A stretch of 64,000 bases of DNA from an uncultured bacterium (lineage in GTDB: Bacteria > Eisenbacteria > RBG-16-71-46 > CAIMUX01 > WJJG01). A model generated the notes under the pieces. That model did not search any database, was not told the origin of the DNA, and was given only the letters and a program-made list of their open reading frames with translations. The translations under genes were made by a program, and so were the position numbers. The stretch lies in assembly GCA_964585945.1 (NCBI GenBank), contig CAZPGB010000014.1, positions 6,912 to 70,911 on the forward strand. Direction: 5' to 3'. This document shows positions 29,035 through 44,796 of the stretch, piece by piece. Each line of letters begins with the position of its first letter. The first letter of the stretch is position 1.

Positions 29035-30611
29035 CGCTTGGCCTCCATGAGCAGTCGTTCCAGCTTGTCCAGGTATTCACGCACGGAATCCGGGTCGTCC
29101 AAGGCGTGGGTGGCGTAGGTCCGCTCGGGCCCGCCCTTGACCGCGATCGCGACTCCGTCGTCGACCAGCATCTCAAAGACATCCTCATCGGTCACATCGT
29201 CCCCGATGTGGAGGGTGAGCGTGTGCTCGGGGTCGAGCTCCTGCACGTCGCGGATGTACTCCACGGCCTTGCCCTTGTGCCAATCCACATCGGGACCCAG
29301 GTCGAAGACTTTCCGGCCCGTCGAGAGCCTCAGATCCGGATGATCGGCCGTCACCTTGCGAACGTCTTCCGCCACCACATCGACCAGTTTCGGATCGACC
29401 TGTCGCACGTGCACGGCCAGCGAGAGGCCCTTGCGCTCGAGACTCGCTCCCGACACGCGGGCCACGACTCGGCGGAGCTGCTCTTCCGCCTGATCCAAAG
29501 ACGGCAGCGCGCCGCGGGCCTCCTCGTGGATGAAGTGCTTCGAGTCCGGCCCCTGGATCTCGAAGCCGTGGCTGCCGGCATACCAGATCTCCGCAATGCC
29601 CACGCGGGGCTTGACGTCGTCCAGGTCGCGGCCGCTGACTACCGCAGTGGGTGTGCAGCGCGCCAGGCGGGCGAGCACCGCACGTGTCGGCAGAGGTAGT
29701 TCCGCGTCCTGCGGGCGAGGGACGATGGGTGACAGCGTCCCGTCGAAGTCGAGGAAGACGGCGAGCCGTCGTTCGCCCAAAGTCTCAATGAGTTGGTCGA
29801 GGGCCTCCATCGCGTTCGGGAGATCGGCTTTGCGCCGGGGACGGTCGGCGCCATCGGGGTCTGCGAGACGCAGCTCTTCCAGGTCCTCGACCACGACATC
29901 GGCGCCGCCGCCGAGCAATTCCTCACGATTCGAATCGCGCGCCACCCCGATGACGCATCCGAAGCCGCCTTTTCGCCCTGCCGCGACGCCCGACACCGCA
30001 TCCTCGATCACAACGGCGCGCTCGGGCGGGGCCTTCAGACGCTTGGCTGCCTCCTCGAAGGTGTCGGGCTCAGGCTTCCCCGGAAGATGGAGTTTCTCGG
30101 CCTCGACGCCGTCGATCACCGCGTCGAACAGCGCGGAGACATCGGCGGCTTCGAGCAGCACCCGGGCATTCTTGCTCGAGGAGACCAGAGCCAAACGGAA
30201 GCCCCGATCACGAGCCTGCTTGAGCAGGTCCACGGAACTCTGAAAGACTTCGACACCTTCCTTGCGAATGCGCTCGCGGAACTTCTCGTTCTTGTGGTTT
30301 CCGATTCCGCAGATGGTCTCCCGGTCGGGGGGATCATCCTTTGACCCCCAGGGGAGCGAGATGCCCCGCGACTCGAGAAATGTCTTGACGCCTTCGTAGC
30401 GCGGGCGGCCATCGACGTATTTCAGATAGTCGGTTCGCAGATCAAAGGGCTCTTGCGACTGCCCGGTGCGACCTACATAGCTGGAAAGAAACTCATCAAA
30501 GACCTCCTTCCACGCTGCCGCATGCACGGTGGCCGATTGCGTGATCACACCGTCGAGGTCCGCGACGATGGCGTCGTAGGCGTCGCGTGAGATGGCTGGA
30601 TCATCGGACAT
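29016..30611 (-). CDS. Fused beta-phosphoglucomutase-like HAD domain + trehalose-phosphate-phosphatase-like HAD-IIB domain
   Basis: N-terminal ADLDGVITQS...KPEPD... (beta-PGM-type HAD-IA). C-terminal AVFLDFDGTLSPIV...GDD.TDE (T6PP/OtsB-type). Confidence 0.75.
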   Translation of the reverse strand: MSDDPAISRDAYDAIVADLDGVITQSATVHAAAWKEVFDEFLSSYVGRTGQSQEPFDLRTDYLKYVDGRPRYEGVKTFLESRGISLPWGSKDDPPDRETICGIGNHKNEKFRERIRKEGVEVFQSSVDLLKQARDRGFRLALVSSSKNARVLLEAADVSALFDAVIDGVEAEKLHLPGKPEPDTFEEAAKRLKAPPERAVVIEDAVSGVAAGRKGGFGCVIGVARDSNREELLGGGADVVVEDLEELRLADPDGADRPRRKADLPNAMEALDQLIETLGERRLAVFLDFDGTLSPIVPRPQDAELPLPTRAVLARLARCTPTAVVSGRDLDDVKPRVGIAEIWYAGSHGFEIQGPDSKHFIHEEARGALPSLDQAEEQLRRVVARVSGASLERKGLSLAVHVRQVDPKLVDVVAEDVRKVTADHPDLRLSTGRKVFDLGPDVDWHKGKAVEYIRDVQELDPEHTLTLHIGDDVTDEDVFEMLVDDGVAIAVKGGPERTYATHALDDPDSVREYLDKLERLLMEAKRCRPGI

Positions 30612-31123
30612 GAGTCGCACACCCCATTCCTGGTAGGCGGCGCGCCGACGAGCGGGCGGGGGGCTCTGAGAGTCGAGCTGCCCCCGTGCGCCCAGAGCGC
30701 GCTGCGGTGAATCGAGTTCGAAAGTCTCATTCACGCTAGGATCTGCGAACGAGGACAGCAACCGGGGTGAGCCGCCCTCACGGCTTGGGGGATCGCCCTA
30801 GGACCGAGGCCCAGCCGACGGACGCCGCTCGTTGGGGCGAAGGACTGGTCGTTTGTCGGCGGCCATGCGTGCAGAGGTCACAGTCGCGGAACCGCGCGCG
30901 CTGCCGCCGGAAGTGGGGGAGCACATGCGAACGGTGTCGGGGAAAGTCCCAATTGACGGCCGCGCCGAACTCTTGCCACGCGGGTCGGTTGTTAATGCTG
31001 TAAGTTCGGTGATGGGTGTTAAGCTCGATGACGATGTGCAAGACCCGAAGAGCTTCCCCTCCAGTTGGGTGGCGGACAACACCTCCCGAACCGAAAACGA
31101 TGCAATTGGAAGGAGGTTGGACG

Positions 31124-31729
31124 ATGTTCCGTAGGACGCAGTGGAAGCGTAGAGCGGCCGCACTGGCGTTCTTGCTCGTGACGGCGATTCTGGTCGGTGT
31201 CGCTTGCGAAGACGAGGAGACCGCGAAACCGGATGATCAGCTTCCCACCGTCCCGGATTTCGCGCTGGAAGACATCAATCCCCACTCGCCGACCTATGGG
31301 CAGATCGTGTCGGTGCAGGATTTCCCGGGACAGATGCTCTTGATCTTCTACGCCCCGGTCAAGGACTCCCTCGGCCGGTCGACGTTCGACAGCCTCGCCG
31401 TGATCGTCGATCAACTGGCGCAGCAGGGGGTGCCGAATGTGACGCCGATCATGATCAATCCCTGGTCGTCGCGGACCGAGCTCGATACGCTTTATCTTCG
31501 TGAGAACGTGACCTCTCCATTTCCCGTTCTGCAGGATGTCTGGGACGAGGTCAACGAGGCAAACCTCGTGGGCCACATGCTGCAACTCGAGGACTACCAC
31601 GACTTCATGATTGCCGACCGCCGTCACAACATCTGGAAGAAGGTGCGCATCGGGGAAGACGGCGATCTGGATCTGCGCGACCGGGATGACATGGGCATGT
31701 TGCGCAGGTGGATTCAGGGTGCCTACTGA
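31124..31729 (+). CDS. Putative lipoprotein, thioredoxin-fold-like but lacking a CxxC
   Basis: Signal peptide with lipobox-like LVGVAC. RBS GGAGG. No catalytic cysteines. Confidence 0.5.
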   Translation: MFRRTQWKRRAAALAFLLVTAILVGVACEDEETAKPDDQLPTVPDFALEDINPHSPTYGQIVSVQDFPGQMLLIFYAPVKDSLGRSTFDSLAVIVDQLAQQGVPNVTPIMINPWSSRTELDTLYLRENVTSPFPVLQDVWDEVNEANLVGHMLQLEDYHDFMIADRRHNIWKKVRIGEDGDLDLRDRDDMGMLRRWIQGAY

Positions 31730-31740
31730 TTCAATAGAGG

Positions 31741-32616
31741 CTACTTGCCCAGAGACTCGCGGCTGGCGATGATGTCCAGCAGTTCGGCGGTGATGGCCTG
31801 CTGGCGCTGCTGGTTGTGCCGTTTGGTCAGCTCCTCTAGGCGCTCGCCGATGTCCTTTTCGGCCACCTGCATGGAGGCCAATCGGCTGGCCTGTTCGCTG
31901 GCCAACGATTCGGCCAGGGCGCGGAAGACCACCACGAAGAGATACTGCTGGATCAGGCGTCCGGTGAGCTTGCCCCTGTCCATGCGATACATGGGCAGCG
32001 AGCGGGACTCCCAGGGCCGTTGGGCGAGCTCCTGCAGCCATGTCATGTCGAGTGGCCACAGGGGAACTCTTTCAGGTTCGTAGGATGCTCCCGAGCGCCG
32101 GCGGTTGTGGAAGAGCAGAATGCGACCCGCGCCGTTTTCCCGGCGCCACTTCTCCGCCTGCACCAGGATTCGGGCTACCGAATCGGTGATGCCTGTCGCC
32201 GAATGGGGCACCTCCAACCGGCGCTCTGTCTCGAGCCCGGCGTTGTGCAGCCGAGCGGCCACACGCTCGCCGACGGCCAGAACGACCGCCGGACCACTGC
32301 GATCCTGGGTTAGGTGACGCTCCGCGAAGGCGGCGATGTCGTCGTTGAATTGCCCGCACATGCCCTGGTCGGAGCCGACGACGATGGCGGCCACCTGCGA
32401 CCCGGTGGGCTCCAGTTCGCGCGGGCGGCCGGCGTGTGAGTCGCGTAGGACGATCTGGAGCCCCATCTCCACCGTCTCGCGCCAGAGTCCGACGGCGTCC
32501 GCGGCGCGCTCGTACTGACGAATGCTCGCGGCGGCCAGCGCCTTCATGCTCTTGACGACCGACTGCAGGTCCTCGGTGCTCTCCAATCGTCTCTTGAGAG
32601 CGTTGAGCGTCTCCAT
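31741..32616 (-). CDS. atpG: F-type ATP synthase gamma subunit
   Basis: Gamma N- and C-terminal helices (...LKRRLESTEDLQSVVKSMKALAA...; ...ITAELLDIIAS). Confidence 0.9.
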   Translation of the reverse strand: METLNALKRRLESTEDLQSVVKSMKALAAASIRQYERAADAVGLWRETVEMGLQIVLRDSHAGRPRELEPTGSQVAAIVVGSDQGMCGQFNDDIAAFAERHLTQDRSGPAVVLAVGERVAARLHNAGLETERRLEVPHSATGITDSVARILVQAEKWRRENGAGRILLFHNRRRSGASYEPERVPLWPLDMTWLQELAQRPWESRSLPMYRMDRGKLTGRLIQQYLFVVVFRALAESLASEQASRLASMQVAEKDIGERLEELTKRHNQQRQQAITAELLDIIASRESLGK

Positions 32617-32623
32617 GGCCGCC

Positions 32624-34171
32624 TCATCGATCCATCTCGCCGAGGACTCGGCGTGCCTGGTTCAGGACCGCTTCCTGGTCCTCGGAGGCGAAATCCTCTC
32701 CGGCGAGAATGCGCTCGCTCTGATCCTCCAGGCGACGCGGTACTTCGGTCTGAATCTCCTCCACCGCGTCGGCCACGCGCTCGAGCGGCAGGTCGTCGAA
32801 GAGCCCCTGATTGAGCGCCAGCAGAACCGCGATCTGCTCCGGAACGGAGCGAGGGTGGTACTGGGGCTGTTTGAGCACCTCGCGCACGCGTCGTCCACGG
32901 GCCAACGTGCGCTGCGTGTCTTCATCCAAGCGCGCGCCGAACCGGGCGAAGGACTCGAGCTCTTCGAACTGGGAATATGCCAGCCGAAGGTCCCCGGCCA
33001 CGGCCCGGTACGCTTTCAACTGGGTCTTGCCGCCCACGCGCGAGACCGACCGGCCCACATCGACCGCGGGGAGCACCCCGCGGCGCATCAAATCGGGCGA
33101 CAGATAGATCTGCCCGTCGGTGATCGAGATCAGGTTGGTGGGAATGTAGGAGGAGATGTTCTGGGCCTGGGTCTCGATGATCGGCAGGGCCGTGACCGAG
33201 CCTCCGCCCTTCCTGTCGCGCACGTGCGTGGCCCGCTCGAGCAGGCGCGCGTGGATGTAGAAGATGTCCCCGGGGTATGCTTCGCGGGCGGGCGGGCGCC
33301 GCAGCAGGAGAGAGAGCTCCCGGTAGGCGCGCGCGTGGCGCGAGAGGTCGTCGAAGACCACCAGGGCATCTTCACCGCGCTCCATGTAGTACTCGGCCAT
33401 GCAGATGGCTGCATAGGGGGCGATGTACTTGAGGCCCGGCGGCTCCTCCCCTGCCGCGAAGACCACCGTGCAGTGGTCCATGGCATGGTGGGCACGTAGG
33501 TCCGCGACCACGCGCGCCACGGCGGTCGCCCGCAGACCGATGGCGCAGTAGATGCAGCGCACGTTCTTGTCACGTTGATGGATCATCGTATCGACGGCGA
33601 TGGCCGTCTTGCCGGTCTGGCGGTCGCCGAGGATCAGCTCGCGCTGGCCGCGTCCGATGGGGATCAGCGCATCCACGACCCGCAGTCCGGTCTGCAGGGG
33701 GACCGAGACCGGCGCGCGGTCGAGGATGGCCGGGGCATCACGCTCGATGGGCCGACGCTCGTCAGCATCGACCGGCCCGCCATGGTCGAGCGGCCGACCG
33801 GTGGGATCGACCACGCGGCCGAGCAGACCGTCGCCGACGGGGACGTCGACGACGCGGCCCGTGCGCCGCACCGTGCTCCGCGCGCGGATCTGGTCCCACG
33901 TGTCCAACAGAACGACGCCCACCCGGTCGGGACGAAGATTGAGCGCCATCCCGCGCAGGCCGCCCTGGAAGCGAACCAGCTCTTCGGCGCCGACACCGGG
34001 CAGCCCGTCCACATGCGCCACCCCGCGGCCCACGTCACGCACGACGCCGACCTCCTCCACGCGCAGCCGGGGCGGATCGCCTTCCAGGGCTTCTTCCAGC
34101 GAAGCGGCCACGGGCGGCAGCACGCGCTCCAGGGCGCCGCGGTCGGGATTCCTTCGCCCGGCGTCAGCCAT
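32624..34171 (-). CDS. atpA: F-type ATP synthase alpha subunit
   Basis: [11 protein letters not shown] Walker A. Start at the internal ATG with GAGGAG RBS, overlapping atpF by 8 nt. Confidence 0.9.
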   Translation of the reverse strand: MADAGRRNPDRGALERVLPPVAASLEEALEGDPPRLRVEEVGVVRDVGRGVAHVDGLPGVGAEELVRFQGGLRGMALNLRPDRVGVVLLDTWDQIRARSTVRRTGRVVDVPVGDGLLGRVVDPTGRPLDHGGPVDADERRPIERDAPAILDRAPVSVPLQTGLRVVDALIPIGRGQRELILGDRQTGKTAIAVDTMIHQRDKNVRCIYCAIGLRATAVARVVADLRAHHAMDHCTVVFAAGEEPPGLKYIAPYAAICMAEYYMERGEDALVVFDDLSRHARAYRELSLLLRRPPAREAYPGDIFYIHARLLERATHVRDRKGGGSVTALPIIETQAQNISSYIPTNLISITDGQIYLSPDLMRRGVLPAVDVGRSVSRVGGKTQLKAYRAVAGDLRLAYSQFEELESFARFGARLDEDTQRTLARGRRVREVLKQPQYHPRSVPEQIAVLLALNQGLFDDLPLERVADAVEEIQTEVPRRLEDQSERILAGEDFASEDQEAVLNQARRVLGEMDR

Positions 34172-35003
34172 CGCGCTGCTCCTCGTCTCGGGACTCGTCC
34201 TCCTGGTCGGACCGCTCGCGGGGCCCGGCCTGGTGCTTGGAATCCTGCATTGCGGAGAGCTTGGAGCCGACCCGCTGCTCCAGGTCATCCAGGTAGCGAT
34301 CGAGGCTCCATGAAAGTCGATGTCCGGCCGCGGCGACCTCGATCCCGCAGATCAGATCCTGGTCACGCGTGAATTCGATCTCGGCCGATGCACCCATCGT
34401 CTCCTTGAGAGCCGCACGGATCTCGTCGGCCGATTCCTGGGGGAGTTTCGCGGAGCTGCGCACGAGAAGCTTGCCCTCCTTCTCTCCGGCCGCCCGTACA
34501 AAGGCCCGGGTCTGCTCATCATCGGCTTCCTTCAGCTTCCGAACGAATGCGCCCGACATGCGGCGCTCCACCTGGCTGTCGGCCATCTCCCGCAGCGCCC
34601 GGCGTGCGATGGCGATCACCTGCTGTGCCGTCTCGCGCCTCAGGTCCCCGAGGAACCGATCCTGCTGGCGCTTCAGGGCTTCGACCCAGCGCTCGCGCTG
34701 TGCAGCGATTTCCTCTCGCGCCCCGCGGAGTAACCGTTGGCGCTCCTCTTCGGCCTCCTGGCGGGCCTCGCCCAGAAGGTCCTCACGCTGCTCGTCCAGC
34801 TCCCGCTGCTGACGCTGGTATTCGGCCTTCTCCTCGTTGGCCTCGTCCACCCGGCGCTTGGCCTCCTCGCCACGATCGGAGATCCGCCGTTCACGTTCAT
34901 CCATGGCGTGGACGATGCGATCGTAGAGGAGGCGCTTGAGCAAGAAGACCAGAATCGCGAAGTTGACGATTTGGGCCGCGAATGTGAGCCAATCGATCTG
35001 CAC
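34164..35003 (-). CDS. atpF: F-type ATP synthase b subunit, extended (N-ATPase type, delta-like C-terminal region)
   Basis: N-terminal TM helix, long charged coiled coil, extra C-terminal domain. No separate delta gene in the operon. Confidence 0.75.
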   Translation of the reverse strand: MQIDWLTFAAQIVNFAILVFLLKRLLYDRIVHAMDERERRISDRGEEAKRRVDEANEEKAEYQRQQRELDEQREDLLGEARQEAEEERQRLLRGAREEIAAQRERWVEALKRQQDRFLGDLRRETAQQVIAIARRALREMADSQVERRMSGAFVRKLKEADDEQTRAFVRAAGEKEGKLLVRSSAKLPQESADEIRAALKETMGASAEIEFTRDQDLICGIEVAAAGHRLSWSLDRYLDDLEQRVGSKLSAMQDSKHQAGPRERSDQEDESRDEEQRDG

Positions 35004-35014
35004 GTTGGGCCGTC

Positions 35015-35284
35015 CTATTGCTGGGTGAAGAAGCTCCAGAAGGGATTGGCGAAGATCAGGATCACCGCCACGACGAAACAGTAGATGGCGGTCGATTCGA
35101 TCATGGCCATCCCCACGAACAGCGTCCGCGTGATGGTGTTGGATTCATCGGGCTGCTGGGCCAGGGCGGTCAGGGCCTGGGCTAGCGCGCGACCCTCGCC
35201 CAACGCCGGTCCGATGGACCCGATGGCGATCGTGAGTCCGCTGATGACAATCGATCCCAGCGCCACGATATCTGTGCTTTCCAT
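35015..35284 (-). CDS. atpE: F-type ATP synthase c subunit with Na+-binding signature
   Basis: 89 aa. GPALGEG in helix 1 and MIESTAIY in helix 2 (ESTxxY as in the I. tartaricus Na+ c-ring). RBS AAGGAGG. Confidence 0.85.
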   Translation of the reverse strand: MESTDIVALGSIVISGLTIAIGSIGPALGEGRALAQALTALAQQPDESNTITRTLFVGMAMIESTAIYCFVVAVILIFANPFWSFFTQQ

Positions 35285-35313
35285 CTGCAAGCCTCCTTGA
35301 GGGTGTTTCCCGC

Positions 35314-35985
35314 CTATGCGTTCTGTGTTCGCGCGGCGGAGGCGATATAAACCATGGCCAAAACGGCGAAGATGTAGGCGTGGATCTGCCCGATCAGCAG
35401 CTCGAGCGCCTGCATGACCGCCGGAAAGATGAAAGGGGTCACGCTGAGGAGCACGGCGACGATCAGCGTGCCGCTCATCACATTGCCGAACAGCCGGACG
35501 GCGAGCGCCAAGGTGCGCGACAACTCGCCGAGCACGTGAAAGGGGAGCATCAACGGCGAGGGTTGAACGTAGTGCCGTAGGTAGCCACCCACGCCGCGCT
35601 CGGCGATGCCGTAGGCCGGCACGGCGAAGAAGACGCACATCGCCAGGGCGGCCGTGGTGGAGAGCGAGCCGGTCGGCGGGTGGTAGCCGGGCACGATGGC
35701 CAGCAGATTGGAGAGCGAGATGAACAGGAACAGCGTGCCCAGGAACGGGAGGTACCTGGCCGTGCGGCCGCCGGTCACCTCCTCAATCTGATCGCGCATG
35801 TACCCGATGACGGCTTCCAGAAGGGACTGCCAACGGGACTGCGGGGCCTCCACTTCCAACCGACGAGTGGCGAGATAAGCCAACAGGACGAGCAATGCCA
35901 TCACGAGCCAACTGAAGAGGATGGTTGCGTTCAGGCGCAGCGGACCCCACTGGGCGATCAGAATGGCGTCGGGATCGATCTCCAT
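35314..35985 (-). CDS. atpB: F-type ATP synthase a subunit
   Basis: Conserved ...LAVRLFGNVMSG... (stator Arg) and LLIGQIHAYIFAVL. Start taken at the internal Met (MEIDPDAIL). Confidence 0.8.
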   Translation of the reverse strand: MEIDPDAILIAQWGPLRLNATILFSWLVMALLVLLAYLATRRLEVEAPQSRWQSLLEAVIGYMRDQIEEVTGGRTARYLPFLGTLFLFISLSNLLAIVPGYHPPTGSLSTTAALAMCVFFAVPAYGIAERGVGGYLRHYVQPSPLMLPFHVLGELSRTLALAVRLFGNVMSGTLIVAVLLSVTPFIFPAVMQALELLIGQIHAYIFAVLAMVYIASAARTQNA

Positions 35986-36026
35986 CTGCGACTCCCACTT
36001 GTGGTTGGGCCGGACCTGGTCCGGCG

Positions 36027-36317
36027 CTAGACTCTGGGCGCCCTGGGCGCCCAGCGGCGCATCAAGACGATGCGGGCCAGCACGAACCCGGCCAGAACGG
36101 CCAGCACTTCCGGCCATCCCCATCGAATGGCGATGATTGCGATGATCCAGATCACGACCGCAAAGCGGAACAACAGGGCGCCGGCGGTCATCAGAGCGGG
36201 CCAACGCATGGTCGGCAGCGAGCGCGCGGTGAGATAGAGCACACCGAAGTAAAATCCGCCCAGCGCCATGCCGATGACCGCGGAAAGGACCAGCAGCAGC
36301 ACGTCAAGCATCGTCAC
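36027..36317 (-). CDS. atpR: N-ATPase accessory membrane protein AtpR
   Basis: 96 aa, 3 TM with membrane-embedded Arg. Position between atpQ and atpB as in N-ATPase operons. Confidence 0.55.
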   Translation of the reverse strand: MTMLDVLLLVLSAVIGMALGGFYFGVLYLTARSLPTMRWPALMTAGALLFRFAVVIWIIAIIAIRWGWPEVLAVLAGFVLARIVLMRRWAPRAPRV

Positions 36318-36643
36318 CCGGCTCCTCCTCCCGGTGAATCTCCCGGCGTTCGCGCCGCACCCAGAACCAAGCGTTCAAACAGCCGGCAATGACCCCGATG
36401 ATCAGGAAGGTCAACGTCCAGGAGATGGTGGTGCCCGTCCCGGTGACACGGGAATCCAGCCAGATTCCGACAATGACCCCGATCACCGTGGGGATGGCCA
36501 CAGCCCAACCGACGGTACCGAAGGTGCCCAGACCGAACCAGAGGCTGCGGTGCTTGCGTCGCAGGGCGCGAAGCTTCCGCTCCCGCTTTTCATGCGCTGC
36601 CTTGCGAAGCTGCTGCCCAGGGGTGTCGTTGTGACCCGCTGCG

Positions 36644-36651
<8 letters not shown>
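36304..36651 (-). CDS. atpQ: N-ATPase accessory membrane protein AtpQ
   Basis: Small 2-3 TM protein directly after atpC. Start overlaps the atpC stop. Confidence 0.5.
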
Positions 36652-38564
<1,913 letters not shown>

Positions 38565-38790
38565 TTACACGAGCGTCGTTCGATCCTGCACTCCACCGAA
38601 GGATTGTGGCGGTTCGCGCGCCGCCGGTGTAACAGGCGGAGCACGGTTGAGAGCGTGGGGATGCTCCCCACACGGCGCTCAAGGAATCTCGCAGGAGATC
38701 TTGCTCCCGGCCCGGGTGAGCGGCGCGCACAGGCGCTGCTATCGTCACTCCACATTGTGCGGCATTCGCGCGGGAGGTTTGGACGGTCGT

Positions 38791-38928
38791 ATGGAGTTGC
38801 CCTTCACCCAGCATGAGTTCTTCCAGGTCTTCGCGGCATACAACGAAGCCGTCTGGCCCATGCAATGGGTGCTCTACGCACTCGCGGCGGGTGGACGCGC
38901 GGACGTGCATAGAGAGGACGACCCATGA
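38791..38928 (+). CDS. Possible 45-aa upstream ORF (MELPFTQHEFFQVFAAYNEAVWPMQWVLYALAAGG...) translationally coupled (ATGA) to the RTPR gene
   Basis: GGGAGG 13 nt upstream. Stop overlaps the RTPR ATG. Hydrophobic/aromatic peptide. No homology support. Confidence 0.3.
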   Translation: MELPFTQHEFFQVFAAYNEAVWPMQWVLYALAAGGRADVHREDDP

Positions 38929-40880
38929 TTCTCGATGTGGAGAAACAAGGAACGTTCGAGCTGAGCGAGCACTTCCTCGCCGGCTACCACGATCGGCCGG
39001 TGCCGTGGGGATTCGGCGACCTCTCGCGAGCCGCATTCCTGCGCAGCTACAGCCGGGACGGGGAGGCGTGGTGGCAGACGTGCCGGCGCGTTATCGAGGG
39101 CACCGTCACCATCCAGCGGATCCACTGCGCGGCCCACGGCCTCTCGTGGGACGAGGATGGAGCGCGCCGACAGGCCCAGGAGGCCTACGAGCGCATGTTC
39201 TCCTTCAAGTGGACCCCGCCCGGTCGCGGACTCTGGATCATGGGGACGCGCTTCATGTACGAGCACGGCGGGGCGGCCCTCAACAATTGCGGCTTTGTCT
39301 CGACCGAGACCATCGAGCGGGACTACGCCGCGCCGTTCGTCTGGCTGTTCCACATGTCGATGCTGGGCGTGGGGGTGGGCTTCGACACCCGCGGTCAAGG
39401 TCGGGTGGAAATCCGCCCGGCGACCGAGGGCGACGACGTCCACGCCGTTGCGGACAGTCGCGAAGGTTGGGCGGCGGCGCTCGAGCGGTTGCTTTCCGCG
39501 TATACCGGGCGCGGATCGCTCCCGCGCCGCTGGGACCTCGCGCACATTCGGCCGCAGGGCGCGAAGCTGGAGAGCTTTGGTGGGCACGCCGGCGGTCCCG
39601 AGCCCCTGGAGCGGATGCTGGCGACCTTGAGGGAGCTGTACGATTCGTACGCCGGCCGCACGTGCGACGCCCGCCTGATCGTGGACACCATGAACATCGT
39701 GGGGAGCTGCGTGGTCGCCGGGGGCGTGCGCCGCTCGGCCCAGATCGCGCTCGGGTCGCCGCACGACGAGCAGTTCCTCGATCTGAAAGTGGACGCGGAG
39801 AAGGTGGCGGAGTACCGGTGGGTCTCCAACAACTCCGTGCTCGCTCGCGCCGGCATGGATTACGACCAGGTCCTGCGCCGCACGATCGAGAACGGCGAGC
39901 CGGGATTCTTCTGGCTGGAGAACGCGCGCCGCAGAGGGCGCATGTCGGACCCCGTGGACGGACGGGACGAGGCGGCCCTCGGCACCAACCCGTGCGGCGA
40001 GCAGACGCTGTGGGACCGCGAGCTCTGCTGCCTGGTGGAGACCTACCCGGCGCATCACGCCTCCCGGCGCGACTACCTGCGCACGCTGGAGCTCGCCTAC
40101 GTCTACGCCAAGACGGTGACGCTGGTGCCCACCGAGGACGCGGTGACCAACGAGGTGATGGCGGCCAACCGGCGGATCGGCTGCTCCATGACGGGAATCG
40201 TGCAGGCGATCCACAAGCACGGACGCGGCGAGTTTTTCTCCTGGTGCGATGAGGGCTACGAGCATCTGAAGCATCTTGACGCGGGCTACGCGCGCTGGTG
40301 GCGTGTTCCCCTCGCGATCAAGCTGACCAGCGTCAAGCCATCCGGGACCGTCAGCCTCCTGGCGGGCGCGACGCCCGGCGTTCACTGGGCCTACGCCCCC
40401 TATTACCTCCGCCGTGTGCGCGTGCCGGAGGACCACGAATTGGCGGGGATGTGTCGGCAGGCCGGATACCAGGTCGAGCGCGACGAGTACTCCGAGAACA
40501 CGGTCGTGATCGCGTTCCCGGTGCACACAGGGGGGCAGGAGCGCAGCCGGCGCGAGGTCGCCGTGGGGGAGCAGGTGGAACTGGCCGTCCAGATGCAACG
40601 CCGCTGGTCCGACAACCAGGTGAGCTGCACGGCCACATTCGATCCACAGCGCGAAGGGAAAGCGCTGGCCGGCCTGCTCAGACAGCACGACGAGGAATTG
40701 AAAGCGGTATCGCTCCTTCCGTGGGGGGCGGAGAGTTATGCCCAGCCGCCCTATGAGGAGATCAGCGCCGAGCGCTACCGCGAGTTGACCGCGCACCTCG
40801 AGCCCTTGCGCGGCCCGATGCGTCACGAGCCGGAGCAGGAGCCTCGGTTCTGCGAAAGCGACGTGTGCCGAATCCCCTGA
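38925..40880 (+). CDS. Adenosylcobalamin-dependent ribonucleoside-triphosphate reductase (monomeric class II RNR, L. leichmannii RTPR-like)
   Basis: N-terminus aligns with RTPR (W..L.....Y.R.....E.W...V.RV.EG). LNNCGFV. TNPCGEQTL...C. C-terminal ...FCESDVCRIP thiol pair. Confidence 0.85.
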   Translation: MILDVEKQGTFELSEHFLAGYHDRPVPWGFGDLSRAAFLRSYSRDGEAWWQTCRRVIEGTVTIQRIHCAAHGLSWDEDGARRQAQEAYERMFSFKWTPPGRGLWIMGTRFMYEHGGAALNNCGFVSTETIERDYAAPFVWLFHMSMLGVGVGFDTRGQGRVEIRPATEGDDVHAVADSREGWAAALERLLSAYTGRGSLPRRWDLAHIRPQGAKLESFGGHAGGPEPLERMLATLRELYDSYAGRTCDARLIVDTMNIVGSCVVAGGVRRSAQIALGSPHDEQFLDLKVDAEKVAEYRWVSNNSVLARAGMDYDQVLRRTIENGEPGFFWLENARRRGRMSDPVDGRDEAALGTNPCGEQTLWDRELCCLVETYPAHHASRRDYLRTLELAYVYAKTVTLVPTEDAVTNEVMAANRRIGCSMTGIVQAIHKHGRGEFFSWCDEGYEHLKHLDAGYARWWRVPLAIKLTSVKPSGTVSLLAGATPGVHWAYAPYYLRRVRVPEDHELAGMCRQAGYQVERDEYSENTVVIAFPVHTGGQERSRREVAVGEQVELAVQMQRRWSDNQVSCTATFDPQREGKALAGLLRQHDEELKAVSLLPWGAESYAQPPYEEISAERYRELTAHLEPLRGPMRHEPEQEPRFCESDVCRIP

Positions 40881-40899
40881 GGTCATCCGGGAGGCCGTT

Positions 40900-44735
<3,836 letters not shown>

Positions 44736-44796
44736 TGAGTAGAGGGTTGCGGCGCCGGCGCGCGAGTGCAGCGGGCGATGTGGGAGACACCGGCGG

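Noticed and set aside
38570-38595. tRNA-like T-loop sequence GTTCGATCC
   Set aside because: The flanking sequence cannot form a T-stem, acceptor stem or anticodon arm on either strand. This is not a tRNA.
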